Under the pieces are notes generated by a model that saw nothing but the letters and a program-made list of their open reading frames with translations, was not told where the DNA came from and ran no database searches. DNA of 55,411 nucleotides, filler included, from Sphacelaria rigidula (lineage: Eukaryota), in assembly GCA_964200075.2 (NCBI GenBank). It is 4 parts of 4 records of this genome, joined end to end, with 100 filler letters (N's around TTAATTAATTAA, not from the genome) between each part and the next. Parts side by side here need not be neighbours in the genome. Positions count along the whole stretch, not along the records: positions 1 to 13,779 come from CAXNAA020002672.1; 3 more parts are not named here. The stretch is one strand, 5' to 3'. Below are positions 1 through 13,100 of this stretch, in pieces. Position 1 is the stretch's first letter, and every line of letters begins with the position of its first letter. A program made the translations under genes and the position numbers.

Positions 1-973
1 GGGGGGGGGGGGGGCGGGGGGGGGGGGTTGGGGGGGGGGGGGGGGAGTGGGGGCGGGAGGTGGGTGTCCTGTACTCGGGATTCTTGCTGTATATAATTGC
101 CTTTCCCTTTGCACAATAAATACTTCAGTGAGGTGAACAAACAAGAGGCGGTTATTTTTTTAATCATATACAAGTATTATACGTTGCACGCACAGTACAC
201 GTGTCCGTTCCTCGTAAAACCAATTGTACCGCACGAGACTCGTCATTTTTGGATCATGAACCGGCGTAATTTCACTACTCTCGTATTCAAGCGTCACCCT
301 ATCCCATAATCAAACTCATTTTTCTTTCCATGGGGGGGGGGGGCAATAAGGCAACACGAGGGGCGTGGCGGGAGAAGGATGCACCAATGTATGACTTACG
401 ACTGACTGAGTTAAATATTCATGCTCTCGAGTTCATTTTTCACTAAACTGAAGCACAAAAACAAAAACAAAAACAAAATTACCGCAAGGAGGTTGGGCAT
501 GCTAGAACTTTAGGCACAGCAGGGTGTACCTCCAACATGAAAGTATAGCAGCGCCGACTATGTAAAAACAGGGCAAACGCTTCGTTCACGACGCGGCTCG
601 GAGTACACAGTTGGAGTATACCGTGCATGTTAAGTTTGCTTTCGCTCTTGATTATATTTTCGTTCTTCAGTTTAATCTATTCGTGTTATCTTTTTGATAT
701 ACTTCCACTTTTACATACACACATACATGCATCCATGACAAGAGGATCAACGCCACTATGCTAGACACCAACCCTTGAATAACCTTCCCGGGTAATCATT
801 GTTTTTCGTTTATTTCTAGTACCCTGTCATTATCCATAAGAGTGCTGCCTCGGGTGACCTTATTACATGCATACGCGTACCGCATCAAATTTTGTTCCGA
901 TCAGTCACGGGTGTTTCTGCTCTACTGATGTCGCATCCGTGTCACATTTCAACGCACGCTTGTATACCCGTAC

Positions 974-3711
974 CTGCGCGCTGCCCGCAAGCCCTCTTGG
1001 TCCGGAGTGTTGTGGCATCCCTTGCACAGGCACGCTGTCCCGCAAAAACGGCTCGAGGCGAAGCAGTCGCAGTACAGCTTCAGGCACCTGTGTGGATCAA
1101 GAGTGGCAAAACACACTCATACACATTAATACAGATACACTCTGGGGGGTCAGTTAAAGTACGACAATCAATCAATCAATCAATCAACACACACCGTATG
1201 ATGCGCGCGTCAAAACGGGCACACTTACGACTATACGGAGGAAGAGAAGACTTTGGGGGGAACGAAGGGGTGTGCTCATGTTATTGCATGCCGTAGTCAT
1301 ATGACCTCGCATCCCTACAAAGCCGGGACGGAGCAAGCCGGGTTTTTGCCGAGTCAGCCTCGCAATCGATCACCAAGCGCGAAGCGCCGTGATGTGTTCG
1401 GCGAGTCGCTTGAAGGTTGAGCTGCACCCTCCGAAGATTGTGCGGCCGGAAGCGTATCGATTACCTTGCATGTAGATGGCAGCCTGCAATGGGTTGCTTC
1501 ATTTCCTGGTCTCGCCACTTTCAGAGACAACCTCGGGTTACACACTGCTTCATGGATGTTTCATTTAAAAAACTTCGTGGTACGATCATCCCCTTGGCGC
1601 GGAGTTCAGGTTCTACACCCCGCACAAAATGATCTAACTCGACCACCATCATGGTTGCCGCAAGAAAGGTAAATCGGGAGGGGGGGGGGGGAAGGGGATA
1701 TAATGAAGCACGTTTGATACCACCCCTTAAGGCTTTTACACCAACCCCAATCCCAACCCAAAGCAGATGGAGAACTGTAAGAGAATGGGGGAACAGCATA
1801 CGGTGCCTGCCCAAGGCAAGGTGTGACCTGATAGAGGACAAATCAGCGCCGGCGGCGTCGATTTGAGCTACGACACGTGCCGGGCGTGCTGGGAAAGAGA
1901 GGCCTTGAGACTGTGAGAGCCCCGTAAATATCGGACCATGATGGTCCACACTCGACCCCACGAATGCTTCAACCAAACCACGAGTTTTACGTCGTCTGCG
2001 TCGCTAAAACTCAAGTGTATCAAGGGGGTGATATCTGAAGTACCCTGACGAAGAGATCATAGAGCCAGTAGGATACGGTGTGTGTATATAGCCGTGGCCC
2101 GGTGATCTGGCAGGATCCCACCAGATGACGTCTACCATAGTTGCATTTTTACTGGCAACGAGAGAATGGCGTGCTTTGTACCCGACTAGAAGTGAATGCG
2201 AGAAGCTGGGCTAGCACGGAATCTGATGTACCCCAGTACTGTCCTTTCGATTTTTCTCTGGCGTATGTACCTTCTCTACTGTTCTGTCCCTTGCGTCTCA
2301 TCACTCGTGCAGTCTTCTTCTTCTGCGTTCTATCTTTCCTTTCCCCATGACTCTCCATGTGTTCCTCCCGCTAGGCGTATGCAAGCAGCAGCTTGGTGCC
2401 TCGCTTCCGTACGGTCTATGGATGACAGCTTGCATACTCAACATAGGGCGGTCAAAACACATGAGCCGTAATCTGTTCCCTCGGCTTCTTGTGTTCCGAT
2501 TGGATGCCATGAATGTGCACTTTTATGCAAGGCCTTTCCCACCGAAGCTATTTTGCAGAGGCCGGCCATTTTTTTCTCTCTTTTTCTCTTCAGTATACTC
2601 CGTTTTACCCCCTCTTTTCTTTTTGCAGCGGGTGTTTCCGCTTCGTTTGTTTTTTTCATCTCGGGTACGTGTCCCATGTGATCCCGGCTGTATCCCTGGG
2701 AGATCAAACGATGTGCGACAATGAATCGAATGACTAAATCAATCAAGTAGCTGATTGCCGTGGCTGGAGGCATGGGAACGTAAGTAGTAGCGAAAAGAGT
2801 CTGCTTGACTGTGTTTGTGAGACGACAGTCGACGCGGGACTCCCGTCCGCGATACCAATATGTAAGGCGTGTACCGGGGGAGAGAGCGAGTGCAAGATAG
2901 CTTGATCCCTCAGGACCGAGGACTCGGTCTCGAGGAAGGCGCGGTCTCGAGGAAGAGGGGAATTTATCTAGAAATGCAAAGGAAAAAAAACGTACTATAT
3001 GGTATGCCACACAGCCCTCCTGAATTCATCTCCATGGTGATGAGCTTTACGACAATGTACCGGGGAGAGATGGGTTGATCCCTTGAGACCACGGACTCGT
3101 CCCGAGAAAGGGGAGGGGTTCAAAGTGCGACAAATAAATAAATAAATAAATAATAATAAACAGGGGTACGCACTATGGCACCCCCCAAGTACTCGATACC
3201 ACTCCCGGGTCATGACTTTTGGGGTCCCTTCAACCGATCATGACGGGGGTCGTACACATCGTGATTTTTGCGGGACCGAAAAATGCAAAACATTGCCGGA
3301 TACTCATCACACAGGAGTGTTATACAGGGACGGGGGTGCGGTGTTTTCATTTATATAGGGGTGACGTATACAGGAAGCTATGGCACGTACCCCCCAAGGG
3401 CCAGTAGCAGCACAGGGAGTGTACCTTTGGCGTGCTCAGTAAGGAAGGTACACGACGAAAGCGCAAACCAACATGCAGTCCATGCAGTCCACACACGAGA
3501 AATCTCCAACATGCTCAAGCGCTAACAAAAACCCAAAGTTCATCTCGGGTAGCTTACGCGGACAATACGCATATATATATATATATATGAAAACAAAACA
3601 AAACGGGGGTGTGAAGGGAAGAGAAGGGAGAGGTAGCTTCCGACCCGTTGGGTTCCATTTTGAAAGGGCTTGCAGCTACAGAACCAATTCTCGAATGATA
3701 ATCAAGGCAAG

Positions 3712-3767
<56 letters not shown>

Positions 3768-6700
3768 TATAATAACACAAACGAACATAATGATTCGCGC
3801 AACAGACAAAGGGAGAAAAATAACACTCGCGCCCCTCATCTGTCGGCGGGTACACTCGTCACCTCTTGTTCTCCGAACACGAGCACATCCAAACACCAAG
3901 CACGCCTCTCACCGGCATTTCTTGCAGGTACAAGGGGCCCGAGCAACCTTCTCGTATTTTCTGCCGCCACCACTCAAGTCGGGAGCAGACTTGCTCAGCT
4001 CCGCCATGATGGCCGGGCCGGGAAGCGAGTCGCCGTTCGCTACCTCCACCGCCGCCGTAACGCCGACATCTCCCTCGTTTAACGAACCAGTCGTTCCCTC
4101 ACAGTACACCGCGTTACTGCTTCAGTCCAGACGCGTATGGGCATCAGGTATGTATTTGTGTGAGTATATCCCGGAGGGGGGGGAGAGGCGGCCAGCGGGG
4201 TTACAAATTCAGCACAAGAAATGTTTCGAAACGAACGAAGCAAGTGAAACACATCATGGTCTACTCATGGCGCGGGGGCGAGCTCATACTCCTTCCTATG
4301 TAGCGGGCTGCTCAAGACTTGTGTCTACACCTACAGCTCCAGGATGGGACAGACCCAATTCTCCACCACGGAGGACAACGGGGGATATTAAAATATAAAC
4401 CCCTCAACAATTTCCCAAATCTCCCCCTGGGTGGTACCGCTCATACACTCTCGTACTCCTCGTTGTCGCACCTGGCATCCGCGACCCCGCCGCCCTGTGC
4501 AGGGCTTCCAAACATCTCTTTGGTGAGAGCTTTCCCCGCCGGTCTCGGCCGCCTCCCCTCCGCTGCGCTGCCACCACAACTAGCGTGCCCTGAATCCTCC
4601 CCGCTGGCTATCCCACCATTTCCACCACTCCCCTTACGACCACCACTCTCACGAACGTCCTTATTGGCAGCTACGAGATCTGTCGCACCAGAAGAGACGA
4701 GCGGTTGGTGAGCGTTGTCGTGATGACTGTGGTGGACTCGACCTCCACGGTCCGCTCGCACAGCCGGAAGCTCTGCCGCCGGCGGTGGAGCGGGCGTGGA
4801 CGCGGCGGCCCCCGGATATTTGGAGTTGTGACCGCCGCTGTACGTGGCCGTTGGTGTAGCGGCGGCCGGAAGTACTGCGGTAGTCACGCCGACGGCGGCG
4901 ACAGCAGTAGCGGCAGAAACGTTCACGGGGCTGGCGGGAGAAGAAGACGCGATTTCTGACGAAGAGATCAATCCACTGCCATTCACGAGAGGAGTGTCAC
5001 GGTTCACCGTTGCTGTGAAGCGTGCGGTTGCATCAACTGTACTACCGCACGCGTCTGCTGCCGACACGGCAAGTGCTTGCGATTGCTCGCCGGGCACGCC
5101 GACCACCACGTTCAAGTTCTGCGAACCTACGTTTTCGCGCCTTGTACCGCCACCGGTAGAAAACGCGAGGTCGGCATTCGCGATCATTGTGTCGCCGGTA
5201 TCGACTCTCGCCGACGACAGCCCGCCCCGAGCATCGCCACTACCGTATCGCGCAACCTTGCGGATGGGACTGCCGTCGCACAGGCCGCCTTGACCACCGC
5301 GGCGGCTACCCCCGCTTCGGCCGCCGCTGCCTGCCACAGCACCGATTCCCCTCGGGTCTGCAGCGTTTCTTTTGTTCTTCGGCGTAGCGGGAGTTTCAGC
5401 CGCGGTATCGGCAAGAACACCTTCAGCACTCGGATGCAAGAGCTCTGCGGCGGCCGACGCCGGCATCGCATCGGAGGCGGCAAGGTAGCGGCGTTTGTTG
5501 CTGGTGGACCTGCTATTCTTACTCTTGCTGCGGCTTATGGTGCTGCCCCTGCTGGCGTTCGCATTGTTTTGCTCGAGACCATTACTGCTTTTGCCATCGG
5601 AGGAAACGTCGCCGCCGGTGCCAAACACGGCTCCAGCGTTATTGTCGGTAACAGGTGCGCGATGCTCCGGAAACAACGACCCGATACCGAATGAGGCATT
5701 GGAGGCGACGGGAGCGGTCTGCGCTTCGGGATTGACGGCCGCCACCGCCACCAGACGGCCACCCATATCGCTGTGACCACTGCTGCTGCCGCCACCGCCG
5801 CCGCCACCGCCGGATAAGCCCCGCCGCCGACGGGGCGAGTCATCGTTGCCGCCGCCGCTGCCATCATTCACGTTTTCATCATTTGCGTCAACTTCGTCGT
5901 CGTCCGGCATCGGCATCGGGGCGAGTACTGGGTTCAGCGACCACGCCGGGTCGCACAAGTCGACCCTGGTGTTTTCGATTGTGGAGGGAAAATATAAACA
6001 GAGCGGGTTTCGAGAGAAGGTTTAGGGGTTAACTCAGAAGAGTCATGGCGGCGTTGTGCGCGTTTTTTTTCTTCATATTACGCGCGCTAATGTATTTACT
6101 CGTCGTGCTTCATTACCAATTACGGAAGTGGGTGGCGTTGTTGTGACCTGCTTGTTTGAACAGCGGCGCTGTGGCGGAAGCAGCAGCCCCGACGATGATA
6201 ATGACCATCCAGAAAATGATATGCCCTTTACATGCGAACGTAGCCGAATTGGATGCTTGTGTTGGCAAGCGACAAGTCAGAGCTTTATATTGCACCCACT
6301 TATTCTGGACACCTACACATTTCGCTATATGTGGGCGCACCGAACCAGCCAGGGTCACACAGGATTTATATTTTCTTAATTTCCCCCCTAATCTTCCTTC
6401 TGCGGTGCTTTGCCTTACTTTTCAGAAGGGTTCGGCAATCCCTTCCCCTCGTCGCACGTTGAATCAAAGTCTGTTTACCAAAGAAATAATCTTTTTCCTC
6501 GGCTAGGGATGTCGCGAGCAAAAGGCTCGGTTCGTGTGACTCCACCAAGGATCGAACTCACGAGGGCCTACAGCCGTAAGAAGGTTTTCGAGGTTGCCAA
6601 CTGAAATCACCTGGACGACCAATCGGCTTACACTTCGAAAATTCGAAGTTGTTACGAGAACGGAGTATGGGGAATTCCAGTGCTCACGCTACGCCGTGAC

Positions 6701-9700
6701 TGGCTGAGGGTGACACTGAGGCCGTGTCTTATCAAATTGTTCTTGACTCGAAAACGTACGGGGAATCAAATTTACTCGTACCTGATACGTCCACGGCATT
6801 CATGTTCTCAACCATCTGAGAAAATTAGTAGCGTGGACGAATCAGAAACGAGCGAATTCGATTCGACCGCACGTTGTCGGCACCAAAACAATTTGATAAG
6901 ACACGGCCTCAGGATAACGATAGCACCGGCAAGAAGGGAAGAGGGTGCGTGTTGCACGCCAACCACTTGCTGGATCCACTGTACAAACAGAACAAACACC
7001 CCCGTGGCCGCGCGGTCCAACGCGCGGTCCAACTGACAAAATGCTCAATTGCCCAGAGCGCAAGGATGAGGGTTGGAATCTCGACATATATCGTGCGTGT
7101 CTTTTTGGCAAAAGTTAGTCTTCATCGTTGAAAATGCCAGAACGTGACCGACATTTTATTTCACGTGACTGTCACTTTTTTTTTTGTTGAAGAGTCGACG
7201 CGGTGCGGGAGTACTGGTCCCATTCGACGCTAAAATGTCAAGCAGGGAATGATTCCTCGAGACTATGGACTCGTCCCGCCGAAGGAACGCTTTGAAAGCA
7301 TACAGAAATCAAAATATATTAAAAATGGGGGGGGGGGGGGCACACAGTGTACAGTACAGTACATCATGTTCAAAGCAGGATACTTGGTATTTTCTTCGTA
7401 ATTGGCGATTTTCTTCGGTTCTTTCGCTAGCCACCGCTCGTGACATTGGGGATTTGAAGATACTAGTATCCACTCCACTTTCCAAGAAAAATATCATGTC
7501 TATGTAATACTGAGTGACTTACGGGCTGACCGGTCATCGGGGGCCTTGCCACTTTGAAGCCCAGATTCCGACTCTTGAGTATTTTCGATCGATCGAGCCT
7601 GTCCCGATCGTATTTGTGAAGAAATGAAGGGCTTACTTTGTTGGAATTCTCCCTACTCATTGCACCAAAGCCGAAAAATTGTGTTTCACGGTCAATAACA
7701 CCCTCGTGAAAAACTTGGGCACTGTGTTTTGAGGACGATCTGTTCACTGTACCAAAATCTACCGACGCTAGCACTTTCGAGTTCTATCGCAGAGAAGTAC
7801 GCGAGAAAAAACCCAAAACAAAGCCGTGCCACTTTGAACATCACGTACTATGCGTGGTGGATTCGGTCGATCACCGATATCGACGTGGCACGCTTGAGCC
7901 GACCTCGCTCTTGAGGGGCCATGGACTCTTCGCGCCCACGACCCCTCAGTCGCGGCAGCTACCACGGCTACTAGACTCTCGAATTTCCTGGTCCTGCTTT
8001 TCCACACCCGCTCAGGCAGCCGTGAGATGTACATCCAGGTCTGATCGAGAAGTATCAACGCTACCAACTGCATACTCTTCCCTGTCTCCAGACACCGCTC
8101 TTCCCTTATTCTTTCGCCCCAAAAGCTTTGATAACCAGAGCGTGCTTCTCTTGTTAGAAACGCCTCGCACCAGAAAAAACTGCATGATCATCTCGGCACA
8201 CGGGGAAATCCCACGGATTTTGTTTGTCGACTTAGCGACATGAAATTATACTATCTTTGGGAGGGGAAAGTGAGAGCGGCGCTGCTGTGACCGATCAATC
8301 ACGGTCATCTCTCTCGGTGCTGCCACCGCACAGGGTGACCGTAAGTCTGGAGGCTGGAGGGCTGCCCAGACTATTTTCAACTTTTCGTCGTCCTGTTTAC
8401 CCTTTTCCCGTCACCCTTACCTGTGCACCTCAACATCTTCCTCCTCCGATTGTGCCGACGACTTTTTGTTACACTTATCGGTACCCTCACCACCGCTACC
8501 GCCGCCGCCAGCATCTCCATCACTACCACTCGGCTGACCGGTGTCGCCGCCAGGTGATGCTGTGCTGACTCGATCACAAGCATTCTCGCACAAATCCATA
8601 GTATCCGAGCCAGGAAGGGTAGGAGGAGACAGGATGGTACAGAGAAGCTCGGGCGAAGGCGGGCGGTTTCGTGCAGCGTTCAGTAGCTCGCGTTCATTTC
8701 CGAGAGCATTGCCCATCCCGTCACCACGGCCAGTGTTGTCGCCGTTGCCGCCGCTGCCGCCGGAATCTCCGCTCGAATTGTGCTTCTCCCCTAGCGTCCA
8801 TCGATTCTCTCTCAGGTCACCGTCCCCCGATCTGCAGCGCACCACCGCACACTCACTTCCACTCCCTGCGTCCGCCCGGCTGGGTCTTTCTCCCTGCCTA
8901 TCCGCACTCTCACCGCGGTTTTCGTCGTCACCCACCCCAGCAAAGCCCCTCCCTTTGTGCTTCCCTTGGAAATCTCCTTTCCCCTCTCCTTGGCCTCCCG
9001 CTGTCGGCTTCATGCTTAGAGCTGGCAGGGTTGGATCCCCACGACTGTTGTGTTCGTCCCCATCGTCGTAGGCAGCCATCATCATGGCGCGGGGGAACGG
9101 GAGCGGCTTCAGACACAGAGGGCGGTGGGTGCTGGTAGCGCCGGCGGCAGCCTGAAGGTCCACGCTGTTGTGGTGGAGGTCGCAGTTCTTGGATATCGGC
9201 GAGAGCTGGGTCCCCGCGAACAGGTGAAAGGGACTAGGCGGAGATATCGGGGGTCCACGCTTGATAGCGGCGGCCGTCGGGGTATCTACACGGTCGTAGT
9301 CATCGCCAAAACTGCTACGGGAAGTAGCTTTCGGGGACAGTGGTGGCGGTGATGTACCCACGACCGAAGAGCCTGCTCGAGAAGAACGGCCACGTTTGGC
9401 GGGACTTTCTGTCGAAGGGGAAGCGGGCACCCCCGTCGTCGTCTTGCAGCTTCCTCGGACTGCGCTCGGCCATAGCAGCATAGCGTTGCTGAGTTCCGAT
9501 TCGGTCAGTGCCTTGTCAAGAGACTGCGACGCGGCGTTGTCATGGCCAGTGGACGAAAATGGCGCGAGGCGCCTGGAAGGGGCGGTGGTGGCGGTCTCGG
9601 ACGCCATTGACCAGTAGGCGTCGTTGCCAGAGGACGTGTCCGCGTTATTGTTGCGGTTGGGGTCAGCATTGGGGTTGGAGTTGGTATCCTGGTCTGCACC

Positions 9701-10100
9701 GATCGTCATCACTTCTCCTCCTACTGCCCTGGCGGCCGATCCTTGGTCCCTGCTGCTGGCGCTGATGCGAACGTGCCGCGGTGGTGGAACAGGGGGGGGA
9801 GCACTGATGTCAGCGAAGTTGCGGGTGTTTTCGTCCACGAGTAGTTCACCGCTACTGTGGGAGGACCACGATAAGGAAGTTAACGTTGAACCAGCGCCGC
9901 GGGCGCCGTGGTACACTGCGGAGAGATCCATGGCTGGGTATTCGCACAACCCACGGTATGCTGCCGAAGACCGGCGAATGACCCCACGTTCGGTGGATGT
10001 GAAGTTAGACCGACCAGCGAGGGCCAATGTTACAGCGCAGTAGGCACGGCGCATTGAGACGCATGTGTATATGATGTAGTTATTGTACGCTCTTCTCAGG
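974..10100 (-). CDS. Spliced partial gene: large low-complexity protein with a tesmin/TSO1/LIN54-like CRC (CXC) DNA-binding domain
   Basis: Minus-strand exons 10100-8421, 5965-4457, 4116-3913 and 1087-974 have GT-AG ends and all join in phase 2 (about 1,170 codons). The two big exons correspond to ORFs 8417..10054 and 4441..5958. The last two exons splice to PCTCKKCR|CLKLYCDCFASSRFCGTACLCKGCHN, the CRC consensus. The 5' and 3' ends are unresolved, and the 4457 donor was chosen on phase. Confidence 0.8.
2150..2660 (+). mobile_element. Fragment homologous to the long 3' region of the RTE-type LINE
   Basis: Colinear similarity to 18330-18960: TTTGTACCCGACTAGA, GCAG(C/T)TTG..GCTTCCGTA.GG..ATGG.TGA.AGCTT, AAA.AC.TGAGCCG, GAAGCTAT, CGGCCA and a T-rich tail. 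Boundaries are approximate. Confidence 0.6.
3058..3130 (+). repeat. Dispersed repeat; near-identical copy at ~24797-24870, weaker copies at ~2871-2960 and ~7248-7285
   Basis: GGGGAGAGATGGGTTGATCCCTTGAGACCACGGACTC(G/A)TCCCGA(G/C)AAAGGGGAGGGGTT occurs on two different contigs. Confidence 0.8.
3713..3767 (+). repeat. (CAA)n microsatellite, about 18 units
   Basis: Seen directly. It produces the spurious poly-Q/N/V/C ORFs here. Confidence 0.97.
6500..6618 (-). mobile_element. tRNA-derived SINE copy (degenerate)
   Basis: The reverse complement reads GTCGTCCAGGTGATTTCAGTTGGCAACCTCG...TGAGTTCGATCCTTGGTGGAGTCACACGA. This aligns with the SINE head at 55233-55315 and carries Pol III A- and B-box-like motifs. 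Confidence 0.7.
6716..6912. mobile_element. MITE-like element (197 bp) with perfect 26-bp inverted repeats
   Basis: CTGAGGCCGTGTCTTATCAAATTGTT at 6716-6741 and its exact reverse complement at 6887-6912. No clean TSD. Confidence 0.7.
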
Positions 10101-13100
10101 CTGTGAGGTCGTGACTGTTCCCGAGCGAGGAAAGCGTTTTGGGGAGGAGCGAAAAAAACGACACACGGATTACCATCGTTGCCCCACCTACCTGTACAAA
10201 AGTCAGACGGTCAACAGTTATATCAGTATACCTCGTAGTACGGTATAGTCCAATGTACTATATACTGTGCTGTACATGATCTTTGGCGCTCGGCAGATCT
10301 CACCGGTCGAACTATGTGCAGGAACAGAACAATAAAAACGGAGACAACGACGACAACAACGGCAGCAGCGGTACCAGCGGATAGCATGTGCGATGAACAC
10401 GGCAGACTCTTGTTCTACTGTTCGCGATGTAACCCTGACTTTTGGTAGAAGATCGCTGTAAAGCCGCACCTTGCTCGGCAATCTGGTCATATGTTTCGTG
10501 ATGAGAAGGCTGTCTACCTTACAAACGCGAAGACATAGGCAAGATGAGCAAGGTCTGTTGATGTTGCCAGCTCCAAATTCAAAACTGATTACAAGTTACC
10601 CCTGTACTAACAGACGAGGACACGCAGTGTGGTGGAGATATACTTGCAGAAGAAGTACCTCTACTTCCTACTATTCTCTCCGATGACACTTGCTCCTCGC
10701 ATGCACCACTCAGTGTACTCACACGCTTCTGAGAGATGTCGGTCGGGGCCCCGAAACCTTCAACCATGAGGTGTACACCAACACGTATGAGCCAGTAGAA
10801 ACACCAGTGTCAAGAGAGAAAGCGAAACATCGCCAGTGGCAACCCATCAAAACCTTGCGTCATGTACAATCCTGTAGCCTATTGCTCGCTCGGCATGTAT
10901 GCATCACCTTCTGCGCGGCCAACCTGGCTATTTGTGTTCACCTCATCAAGTACCATCGGCGTATTATTCTTCGCTGACTATCTACACGGTGCTGTACTGT
11001 ATAAAGGTACTGCGATACTTGTGTTGTCCGCCTTCTTTCATCCACCCTCATCGCCGAAGACACAATATGTTACCCCAGACCTTGGGGCTCTCAAAACCTA
11101 GTCTCACCTCTGGATCGATATCTGGCTGCCCTTCGTCACGAACTGTCGATCGACGCACAGTTCCCTATCCAATGATGCGCTGCGGTACTCCCCTGATCAT
11201 ACACTCGTTGTCGAAGCTTGCTCCTGCATTCAGTTTTCAGCTCTCGGCGAGGTTACAGTGCTGTTCAATGGTCAAGTATGTGCCAAGAGTGAGGCACCGC
11301 AGGAGTGGAGTTTTGAAAACTTGTGTCAAGGTCAGCAATTTTTCAAAAAGTCGACTCATTTCGCGCCAAAAAATGATTCGGTGTATACCACCCTCTCCAC
11401 CGCTCAAGTGAAGAGACGGTCTTCGATTTCGATAGCTACGTGAGCTGCGGTGGTTATGCCGGCATGAACGCTGAATCACTGCTAATCTTACGTGATGTTT
11501 TTTGGGTACAAGAGAGACCCGCGAAATCCAGGAGCTTTCTCTCAGGACACGCCGGAGGCTGATATATATATGCACCAGTAGGACTTCAGGAGCCTCACCC
11601 GCAAACTGACAACAAGTACCCCCCCAAAGTATGCATAACATATTTACGATACTCCTTACAAACTAAGCCGAACACCCCTTTCCTTTTACCAAGACGCTTC
11701 CTCTCCCCATGCTGGACGTAGCCGCTCCCTGCTGCCTGCGGCCTATTTGTGAGTATCAAATGATGCACAGTTTCAAAACACGTGATGAGTGACTTAGAAC
11801 TTCCACTCCATCATTGCTCGCGTGCGATTGATGTACTAACTGTCACAGCTCCTATCGTGCGGTACGCTGCTGCATGTGCAGACAGTATAATAGTAACAAG
11901 CACATACAACAGTCTGCGGTGCTCTATCTGCCGTACCTCCGCGGAGCGTTTTCTTTCTACCTGCTCAAAATGAAAATACGAACGCCAGGACATACGAAAC
12001 ATCCAGCCGAACCGCACTATCCGCATCGAATGCAGCGTCCAGGCCAGCACATAGCCACGAAGCTACAACATATGCACACAGCACTTTTTTTTTGCGAGCT
12101 CGAAATAAACTCCCCGCATTGGGTACGAGTACTGTTGTTTGTGTGCTGTACGAGTATCTCATTACTACAATGCTGTTGTAGTCACCATACAATTTATGGT
12201 ACATTTTGCACATGGTCCCCCGCGTTTCTCTGCCCACCACGAGTATGGTGGTGATGATTTTAGCCCAGAAAAGAACTCTAGCGACCCGATCGCGTCCAGT
12301 CAGATCACCTGAAGCTATCGGGGGGTAATCTGACCAGATTAGCCGGACACATCACCGAGCGTACTGTTCTGAAATATTCCGGTGATATGGAATCTGGACC
12401 GTCAGATTCCTCAAACGCTTCACGTCCCGGATCCGGCGCATAGTCGTCGAGGGACGTTCGGTGGCTACCGTACGTTCACGGCGACTGACTTTACGCGTGT
12501 AGCATTGGCTTGCGTATCGGCATGCGGCGTCGTATAGGTGCACAACTAAACGCGGGGCGACACAGGAAAGCAGCCCGCGCATGGCATGTATGTTCAAAAT
12601 TAGAGTCGCTCGGACAAACCTAGTCTACCTCAAGACGGCATGGCTGGCGGTTATCGTGGAGTTGTGGAAACTCACTGTAAAAGGGTAACATTTATCGCTG
12701 TCCCTGTATTCAGTATGCGACACGATATGTTCACAACCATTCATGTTTTTTTCTTCACGAGTACGAGCTGGGCCAGCTGATGGTGATTTTTGAATGAAGA
12801 GTGGTGATATGATGGGTATTTCATGGAGGGTAGGCGCTGAAATTTTGACACTACATTTTGTCATCAACCCGCGCAATCCTATCGGGGGTGCAGAGGAAGA
12901 AAAAGCAAAAAAACGTAAAGTTAAAGCGAGTTGAAGTTTCAGCAAAAACAGGGAAAATGCTATAACTCCGTGAAAATTGATAAACACGGCTGCACCCCGA
13001 ACAACGTTGTGGGCAGTCTCGTCTAAGACATCCTGGTGAAGTTCGGCCGAAACTGCCTCGGATTGGGCGCCGCATCGTACTTTGCGTGTGACACGGCCGC

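Noticed and set aside
1..60. Poly-G-rich start, possible G-quadruplex or Pro-rich exon
   Set aside because: It sits at a contig end where G-runs commonly break assemblies, and a candidate exon near 60-107 does not give a convincing continuation of the CRC gene.
3473..4398. Poly-N/Q/V/C ORFs, including the 242-aa ORF 3670..4398
   Set aside because: These arise from the (CAA)n tract and from the antisense strand of a real exon.
7850..8067. Minus-strand exon-like segment LVALILLDQTWMYISRLP...
   Set aside because: It is open in phase 0, while the flanking CRC-gene junctions are phase 2, and I recognise no homology.
4705..9765. Many overlapping plus-strand ORFs over the two large exons
   Set aside because: They are shadow ORFs of GC-rich minus-strand coding sequence.
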